DNA of 64,000 nucleotides from Escherichia coli O127:H6 str. E2348/69 (GTDB lineage Bacteria; Pseudomonadota; Gammaproteobacteria; Enterobacterales; Enterobacteriaceae): NCBI RefSeq assembly GCF_000026545.1, contig NC_011601.1; one strand, 5' to 3'. Shown piece by piece: positions 55,775 to 64,000 of this stretch (position 1 is its first letter; each line of letters starts with the position of its first letter). The notes under the pieces were generated by a model. It saw only the letters and a program-made list of their open reading frames with translations, ran no database searches and was not told where the DNA came from. The position numbers and the translations under genes were made by a program.

Positions 55775-55794
55775 ATGATGTCAACAATCTGAAA

Positions 55795-55828
55795 GCCGCT
55801 CTCATCCATTCGATGAGAGCGGTTTTTT
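55795..55828. terminator. Bidirectional terminator between convergent pheP and ybdG
   Basis: ccgctctcatc-cattc-gatgagagcgg hairpin followed by T7. Confidence 0.65.
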
Positions 55829-55831
55829 TAA

Positions 55832-57127
<1,296 letters not shown>

Positions 57128-57186
57128 TTATGCAAATCAGGAGAATCTGAGGGGAAATAGCCGGGCAGATGCCCGGCAAGAGAGAA

Positions 57187-57840
57187 TTACACTTCGGTTA
57201 AGGTGATGTTCTGCGGCAGACGAGATTTCGGCAGCGTAGCGTTAAAATCTTCAACGCTGTGATGACCCACCGGAACAACCACCAGACTGGTGTAGCCTTT
57301 CTCTTTCAGACCAAATTCTTCATCGAGGATGGCGGCGTCAAAACCTTCGATGGGCACCGCGTCCAGACCCAGCGCCGCCACGCCCAGCAGGAAGTTACCG
57401 ACGTTGAGATAAACCTGTTTTGCCATCCACTCTGCATCATCATGCAGATCTTTACGGTGCATATCGGCGAAGAACTTGCGACCTTTATCGTTCGCGGCTT
57501 TCGCTTCCGGCGTGGCAAAGCGGCCATCGGCATCTTCCTGGTCAACAACCAGCTTCAGCCAGGCATCGTCCATCGCGGTTTTTGCACAGAACACCACGAC
57601 GTGCGAGGCATCAAGCATTTTACGCTCGTTGAACACGTAATTATCGGCAGCGGATTTGGCAACACGCGCTTTACCTTCTTCCGTGCTGGCAACAATAAAA
57701 TGCCACGGCTGGGAGTTGGTGCTGGATGGGCTGTATTGCAGTAGAGTTTTGATCTGCTCGGCCTGTTCCGGGGTAAGTTTTTTGCTGGCATCAAATGCCT
57801 TAGTGGAATGACGCTTTAAGGCGACAGAAATGATATCCAT
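57187..57840 (-). CDS. nfsB: Oxygen-insensitive NAD(P)H nitroreductase NfsB
   Basis: 217-aa ORF ([17 protein letters not shown]...). Confidence 0.95.
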   Translation of the reverse strand: MDIISVALKRHSTKAFDASKKLTPEQAEQIKTLLQYSPSSTNSQPWHFIVASTEEGKARVAKSAADNYVFNERKMLDASHVVVFCAKTAMDDAWLKLVVDQEDADGRFATPEAKAANDKGRKFFADMHRKDLHDDAEWMAKQVYLNVGNFLLGVAALGLDAVPIEGFDAAILDEEFGLKEKGYTSLVVVPVGHHSVEDFNATLPKSRLPQNITLTEV

Positions 57841-57918
57841 AAAGACTCCATGTGAAAGTAATTTTGCGTGCCAGCAGATTACAAGGATCGAGATGAAATG
57901 GTAAGCGAGAAAAATGCG

Positions 57919-58302
57919 CTATTGATTTACGGTTGAGTCAGGACGCACTCTTTTTTGATCGCGTTTAGCCAGACCATCAACCACCAGATTCCACGAATCG
58001 TTGATCAGATCGCGAAGTAACGCTTCGGAGATTTCCTCGCCGGGATACACCGAAATCCAGTGCTTTTTATTCATGTGATACCCAGGCTTGATGCTTGGGT
58101 ATATTTGCTGATTTAGCAGGGATTTTTGTGGATCGGACTTCAGATTGATAAAGGGGACGCCGCGTAGCTCCGACGACAGCATAAAAATCTTGCCGCCAAT
58201 TTTAAAAACATCGAACTCCGGGCCAAAAGGCCAGCAAAGCTCGACAAAGGGTAACTCAAGAGCCAGGCGTTTCGCCGTTTCGTGCAGTGATTGCTTATCC
58301 AT
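57919..58302 (-). CDS. ybdF: YbdF (DUF419 family)
   Basis: ORF 57919..58422; start set at internal [13 protein letters not shown]; start is uncertain. Confidence 0.7.
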
Positions 58303-58366
58303 AAATGTTCCTTTAGGCGAAGGAGAATAAGCAAAGTATGCCGCGAAGTTCGGCGATAATCGACGT

Positions 58367-58615
58367 TTAATCCGCCAGCGAGAACCAGCGTCGCCAGATA
58401 AAGCGTAGAACAAAATACTCAATAGCGCCCAGCACTAAAAACCACAGACAAAACAATAAAGTGTAAAGCTGGCTAAGATCCATCAGATGGAACGTGGTCA
58501 CCAGTTTTTGTGCCAGCGTTAGCCCCAGTGCGGGGGCGGGCAGCAGCAGGCAAGAGAGGAAAGCCATCAGCAAAATGCCTGCTGCGGTGGTCAAGGTTTC
58601 TAAAGGGTGTTTCAT
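58367..58615 (-). CDS. ybdJ: Small inner-membrane protein YbdJ
   Basis: 82-aa hydrophobic ORF. Confidence 0.75.
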
Positions 58616-58680
58616 AACATTGTTAAATGTAAGTTAAAACACCATTGTCAGGGATATTCTTCTGTAAGGCAATTCCCGAC

Positions 58681-59808
<1,128 letters not shown>

Positions 59809-60057
59809 TTATGTTGGCGTTTTCTATTCAGTATAGAAGTGGGAGCGGCTGGGTGAGATGCGAAAGTTCTGGAATGTTTCTTTTTTTTGGTGATGGTGAA
59901 CTGATGGTGACTGAAGAAGTTTGGCTACTTTTGCAATGTGACAAGTTATGGCAGAGCTGGCTGGTGGCGAAGAATTTTGACGATTGAGGCATGCAGAAAA
60001 AAACGGGTTCAGCTTCAGTTGATCAAATGGGGAGTGAGAAGTCCGAAACAGGACTTA

Positions 60058-60073
60058 CTGTATAAATAAACAG
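60058..60073. promoter_or_regulatory. LexA (SOS) box upstream of hokE
   Basis: CTGT-ataaataa-ACAG, matching CTGT-N8-ACAG. Confidence 0.65.
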
Positions 60074-60251
60074 CCATTTTGCTAAGCAAGGGTAAGATAA
60101 CGGCGGGTGCCTGAAGCTTTCCGGTTTCAGGTTTACTCTGAGGTCTGGAAAGATGAAGCCCCAGGAGATATTTCTATCAATCCTGGGGCTGCCACTCCAA
60201 ACCCAAACAATTTGGATGGTAGTCCCTTCTTCGCATGGAGGCAATATAAAC

Positions 60252-60404
60252 ATGCTGACGAAATATGCCCTTGCGGCAGTCATAGTGCTGTGTTTGACGG
60301 TGCTGGGATTTACGCTTCTGGTCGGAGACTCGCTGTGTGAGTTTACGGTGAAGGAACGTAATATTGAGTTTAAGGCTGTTCTCGCTTACGAACCGAAGAA
60401 GTAG
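60252..60404 (+). CDS. hokE: Hok-family type I toxin HokE
   Basis: 50-aa peptide [50 protein letters not shown] inside ORF 60153..60404; followed by GC-rich 3' hairpins. Confidence 0.85.
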   Translation: MLTKYALAAVIVLCLTVLGFTLLVGDSLCEFTVKERNIEFKAVLAYEPKK

Positions 60405-60525
60405 CCGTTGTGCGGGGAGTAATCCCCGCATATCCGGTTGTCAGGTCAGGATGGTAAGGCACCTGCTTTACACTTTCGCCCGCAGTCAGAGATGGCTGCG
60501 GGCGAATCGTACCAGATGTTGTCAA

Positions 60526-61155
60526 TTAATCGTGTTGGCACAGCGTTATGACTATTTTTTCTTTTATCTGCCAGTGCACAGCAAACATCTCATTCTCACG
60601 ATGAATTATGACCTGTTGTTTATTCCGGCTAATTATCTGATAGTCCAGAAAATCTGCATCAGTTTGTCTTTCACATGCCTTAAATGCGCCCTCTTTGGCG
60701 GAAAATGCCAGTGTCAGCGCCAGAGAAAAGGTTAAACCGCATTCTGCGAGTCGCTCGTGTTCTGCTGGTGTAATAATGTTGTCTGTCAATTCTCTTGCGG
60801 TTTGTGCAGAGAAAATCTCTTCAATATCAATGCCAATCGGTTGACGGGAAACCACGGCTAATGCCGTAGTCCCACAGTGACTAATGCTGCCGTATACACC
60901 CGCAGGCCACACAGGTTGGCGTAGCTCGCCGATTGCAGGCACACATTTATAGCCATATTCCCGCAGCGCATAAATTGCAGCGATCCGCCCGGCTAAATGC
61001 TCTGTTTTACGTTTACGTCCAGCGTGTTGAAGTTGTGCGTAGTGCGGCAGCCAGAGTAAATCCTGCTCGCGAAAACTCGCCGGATCAAACTCAACAAAAT
61101 GCAGCGTATGTCCTGCAAAGGGGAGGGAGGTATGCGTAGTTTTCATGTCAACCAT
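60526..61155 (-). CDS. entD: Enterobactin synthase phosphopantetheinyl transferase EntD
   Basis: ORF 60526..61296; start set at MVDMKTTHTSLPF (209 aa). Confidence 0.85.
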   Translation of the reverse strand: MVDMKTTHTSLPFAGHTLHFVEFDPASFREQDLLWLPHYAQLQHAGRKRKTEHLAGRIAAIYALREYGYKCVPAIGELRQPVWPAGVYGSISHCGTTALAVVSRQPIGIDIEEIFSAQTARELTDNIITPAEHERLAECGLTFSLALTLAFSAKEGAFKACERQTDADFLDYQIISRNKQQVIIHRENEMFAVHWQIKEKIVITLCQHD

Positions 61156-61183
61156 ATTAGAGAATGATGACAAACGCAAAACT

Positions 61184-61282
61184 GCCTGATGCGCTACGCT
61201 TATCAGGCCTACGTGGTCCTGCAATATATTGAATTGGCAAGATTTTTGTAGGCCGGATAAGGCGTTCACGCCGCATCCGGCA
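61184..61282. repeat. BIME (REP pair) between fepA and entD
   Basis: gcctgatgcgctacgcttatcaggcctacg and gtaggccggataaggcgttcacgccgcatccggca; near-identical to the BIME at 6298..6397. Confidence 0.8.
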
Positions 61283-61320
61283 TGAACTACGCGCACTTTG
61301 TCAACAATCTGACGTTAGCT

Positions 61321-63561
61321 TCAGAAGTGAGTATTAATGCTCATATACCACGTACGTCCCGGCTCGTTATAGGTATACGCCCCGGCACCTGCGATATAGT
61401 TGGCTCCTGCCAGATCGCCCGTGGTCTGGGCATTACCCGCACGCCACAAACGTTTGTCGAACAGGTTGTCCACGCCGCCGGTCAGACTGACATTCTTGGT
61501 CACATCCCAGGTCGCGCTCAGGCCAACAATGCTGTACGGACTGATTTCTTTGGTTTCCGGTCCAACCGCTGGCTGACCTTTATAGTTGTACTTCTTCGGC
61601 TGCTGTTTGCCGTACCAGGTGAAGGTCGTTTGCATCGACAAATCTTCCCGTGCCTGCCAGCTCAGCGTTGAGTTCAACGTATACTCCGGGATGATCGACA
61701 AACGGTCGCCCGTGGTTTTGTTTTCACTCTTCAGCATATAAGTGATGTTATTGGTCCACATCACCGTTTCGCTAACCGGTACGTTTAACGATCCTTCCAG
61801 ACCTTCAACCACCGCTTTCGGCACGTTATCCCACTGATAGAGATCGGTGCCGACTGCGTTTTGCCCTACAGCCACATAGCCCGCTTCAATCTTATTGCGA
61901 TAATCGTTACGGAACCAGGTCACGCCCGCCAGCCAGCCGTCGCGTTTGAACTCCAGACCAATCTCCTTGTTGATGCTGGTTTCTGCTTTCAGGTCATCAT
62001 TACCTTGCAGATAGCAGCCGCCCGCGCTGGCATAGCAGCCCTGACCTTTACTGTAGAGAATGTAGTTTGGGTTAGTCTGGTACAGACTCGGCGCTTTATA
62101 AGCGCGGGCAATGCCCATTTTGAGCGTGAAGTCATCGCCTAAACCTTGCGATATGTTCAGCGCCGGGCTCCAGTTATTGCCGACAATACTGTGATGATCG
62201 AAACGCAGCCCCGGCGTTACGATGGTGCTGTCAGTCAGCTCCATATTGTTTTCGGCAAACAGCGAGAAAATTTCTGCTTTTGAATACGGGCTACGGTCGG
62301 TGGCACTCACACCATCAATAGCACCGCCGGTATTCGTTCCGGTCAGCGCCTGGGTGTTGGAACTCAAGTCCTTCATCCGTTGCTGATTCCACTCTGTACC
62401 CAGCGTCAGCGTTTGGTTTACGAGGAAATCAATCGGCAGGTTAACTTCGCTGTGCAGCATCACGTCATCAAGATCGATATCGACGAAATCCTGTGCCGCT
62501 TTTTCGTTAAATTTCCCTTCAGTACCGCCCGCCAGACCTTCCGGAATACGCGAGTTACGGGTGTGTTCGTACTGCACCCAGTTGCTGGTGGTCACGCCGT
62601 TATCCCAGCCACCGTTCCAGGTCAGCGAGTAGTTCTGGCGATACAGGCGGTTGGTTTCATCGCCATATTTCGAGCGAGTGTAAGCGTCAGAGTTGGTGTT
62701 CTGCGTATCACCCGCATACAGGTTACCCTGGCGGCTGTAGCCCGCTTCCAGTTCGAGTGACTGCAGAGGCGCGAAGTCCCAGCGCACCACGCCATTAATA
62801 TCTTTGTTGATCACCCCTTCGCGCCCGGCTGGTAACGTCGTGGCATACGTTCCGGCACGCGCGGACTGATGGCCCTGGTTGATATCCCACGCGTCAGCCT
62901 GGGTTTTGTCGAGGTTGCCATACAAGCGGAAGCTGAATTCGTCGCCCAGCGGACCGGTCAGGCTGAAGTTGGTGCGTTTGGTGGCACCTTCCTCTTTATG
63001 TTCTGGCGCATTGAAATAAGCATCCCAGGAGCCGTGCCACTCACCGCTGCCTTTTTTGGTAATGATGTTAACCACGCCGCCCGCCGCGCCGTTGCCATAA
63101 CGCGCAGCTGCCGGACCACGTAGAACTTCAATACGTTCAATCATTTCAGGCGGCACCCAGGAGGTATCACCACGGGTATCGCGCTCGCCACGCCAGCCCT
63201 GACGCACAGAGTTACGGCTGCTTACCGGCTTGCCGTCAATCAAAATCAGCGTGTTTTCCGGACCCATGCCGCGAATATCAATCTGGCGGTTATTACCACG
63301 CTGACCACTGGTGGAGTTACCGGTCAGGTTAACGCCAGGCATGGTACGAATGATCTCCGATACATCGCGGGCAACCGGGTTTTTGCGGATTTCATCTGCG
63401 GTAATGGTCGAAACGCCGGGCGCCTGCAAGTTCTGCTCGGCGGCGGTAACAACAATAGTATCGTCATGTGAAACAGGAGTATCGGTCGGCTCTTGTGCCT
63501 GTGCTACCCCATAAATCCCCAGATTGACCAACAAGGCCAGGGAATGAATCTTCTTGTTCAT
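61321..63561 (-). CDS. fepA: Ferric enterobactin TonB-dependent outer-membrane receptor FepA
   Basis: ORF 61321..63621; start set at MNKKIHSLALLVNLGIYGVAQA (746 aa); C-terminal aromatic residue. Confidence 0.95.
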   Translation of the reverse strand: MNKKIHSLALLVNLGIYGVAQAQEPTDTPVSHDDTIVVTAAEQNLQAPGVSTITADEIRKNPVARDVSEIIRTMPGVNLTGNSTSGQRGNNRQIDIRGMGPENTLILIDGKPVSSRNSVRQGWRGERDTRGDTSWVPPEMIERIEVLRGPAAARYGNGAAGGVVNIITKKGSGEWHGSWDAYFNAPEHKEEGATKRTNFSLTGPLGDEFSFRLYGNLDKTQADAWDINQGHQSARAGTYATTLPAGREGVINKDINGVVRWDFAPLQSLELEAGYSRQGNLYAGDTQNTNSDAYTRSKYGDETNRLYRQNYSLTWNGGWDNGVTTSNWVQYEHTRNSRIPEGLAGGTEGKFNEKAAQDFVDIDLDDVMLHSEVNLPIDFLVNQTLTLGTEWNQQRMKDLSSNTQALTGTNTGGAIDGVSATDRSPYSKAEIFSLFAENNMELTDSTIVTPGLRFDHHSIVGNNWSPALNISQGLGDDFTLKMGIARAYKAPSLYQTNPNYILYSKGQGCYASAGGCYLQGNDDLKAETSINKEIGLEFKRDGWLAGVTWFRNDYRNKIEAGYVAVGQNAVGTDLYQWDNVPKAVVEGLEGSLNVPVSETVMWTNNITYMLKSENKTTGDRLSIIPEYTLNSTLSWQAREDLSMQTTFTWYGKQQPKKYNYKGQPAVGPETKEISPYSIVGLSATWDVTKNVSLTGGVDNLFDKRLWRAGNAQTTGDLAGANYIAGAGAYTYNEPGRTWYMSINTHF

Positions 63562-63735
63562 TGTTTTATTCCTGCATTTTTGCCACGAATTGCAACTGTC
63601 GGGCATGGTCGTCATCAACACGACGCATCCCGCTACCGCGAAAACCTTTGATCCTGAAAGACACGCAGTGCAGCTGATTAATTAATGTCCGCGCTTCCCA
63701 CGACGCGCCATTACGCTATTGCAAATACAAATAGT

Positions 63736-63756
63736 TATCAATAATATTATCAATAT
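63736..63756. promoter_or_regulatory. Fur box in the fepA-fes divergent promoter
   Basis: ttatcaataatattatcaata resembles GATAATGATAATCATTATC. Confidence 0.55.
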
Positions 63757-63803
63757 ATTTCTGCAATCAATAAAAAATTGCACAGTAAACATGGGGTTAT
63801 GGT

Positions 63804-64000
63804 GTGACGGCGTTAAAAGTAGGAAGTGAGAGCTGGTGGCAGTCGAAACATGGCCCGGAATGGCAACGTCTGAATGACGAAATGTTTGAGGTCACTTTCT
63901 GGTGGCGTGATCCCCAGGGTTCTGAAGAATACTCGACGATAAAGCGCGTATGGGTCTATATCACTGGCGTGACCGATCACCATCAGAACAGCCAGCCCCG
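63804..64000 (+). CDS. fes: Enterochelin esterase Fes (5' part; runs off the window)
   Basis: GTG start; translation (M)TALKVGSESWWQSKHGPEWQRLNDEMFEVTFWWRDPQGSEEY matches recalled Fes N-terminus. Confidence 0.85.
   Translation, partial: MTALKVGSESWWQSKHGPEWQRLNDEMFEVTFWWRDPQGSEEYSTIKRVWVYITGVTDHHQNSQP

Noticed and set aside
63562..63621. N-terminal extensions shown in the ORF track for fepA, and likewise for entD, gcl, ybcF, ylbF, pheP, ybdG, purE, tesA, cnoX and allC
   Set aside because: The upstream in-frame codons precede the starts that match my recollection of the mature proteins; they are open-frame read-through, not real coding sequence.

Overview
This window is a contiguous stretch of Escherichia coli chromosome, collinear with the K-12 fetB-to-fes region, and almost all of it is ordinary core genome. 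I recognise, in order: fetB, cnoX, ybbO, tesA, ybbA, ybbP, mnmH, the allantoin/glyoxylate cluster (allS, allA, allR, gcl, hyi, glxR, ybbW, allB, ybbY, glxK, allE, allC, allD, fdrA, ylbE, ylbF, ybcF), purK-purE, lpxH-ppiB, cysS, ybcI, ybcJ, folD, tRNA-Arg argU, a prophage remnant carrying ompT, ybcH, nfrA, nfrB, cusRS, cusCFBA, pheP, ybdG, nfsB, ybdF, ybdJ, ybdK, hokE, entD, fepA and the start of fes. Gene names are assigned from my recollection of the K-12 proteins, not from a database search. Three accessory patches differ from K-12 as I remember it. (1) Between ybbP and mnmH (6282-8094), where K-12 has the rhsD element, there is a single IS481-family-like transposase ORF and an unannotated 27-codon ORF whose product closely resembles the DinQ type I toxin. 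This is the most interesting candidate in the window. (2) The argU prophage site (35991-39358) holds only about 3.4 kb: integrase and tfa fragments, a methyltransferase and ompT. (3) The hokE locus has a canonical LexA box and no insertion sequence. I see no CRISPR array and no rRNA. Regulatory palindromes for CusR, AllR, Fur and LexA sit at the expected promoters.
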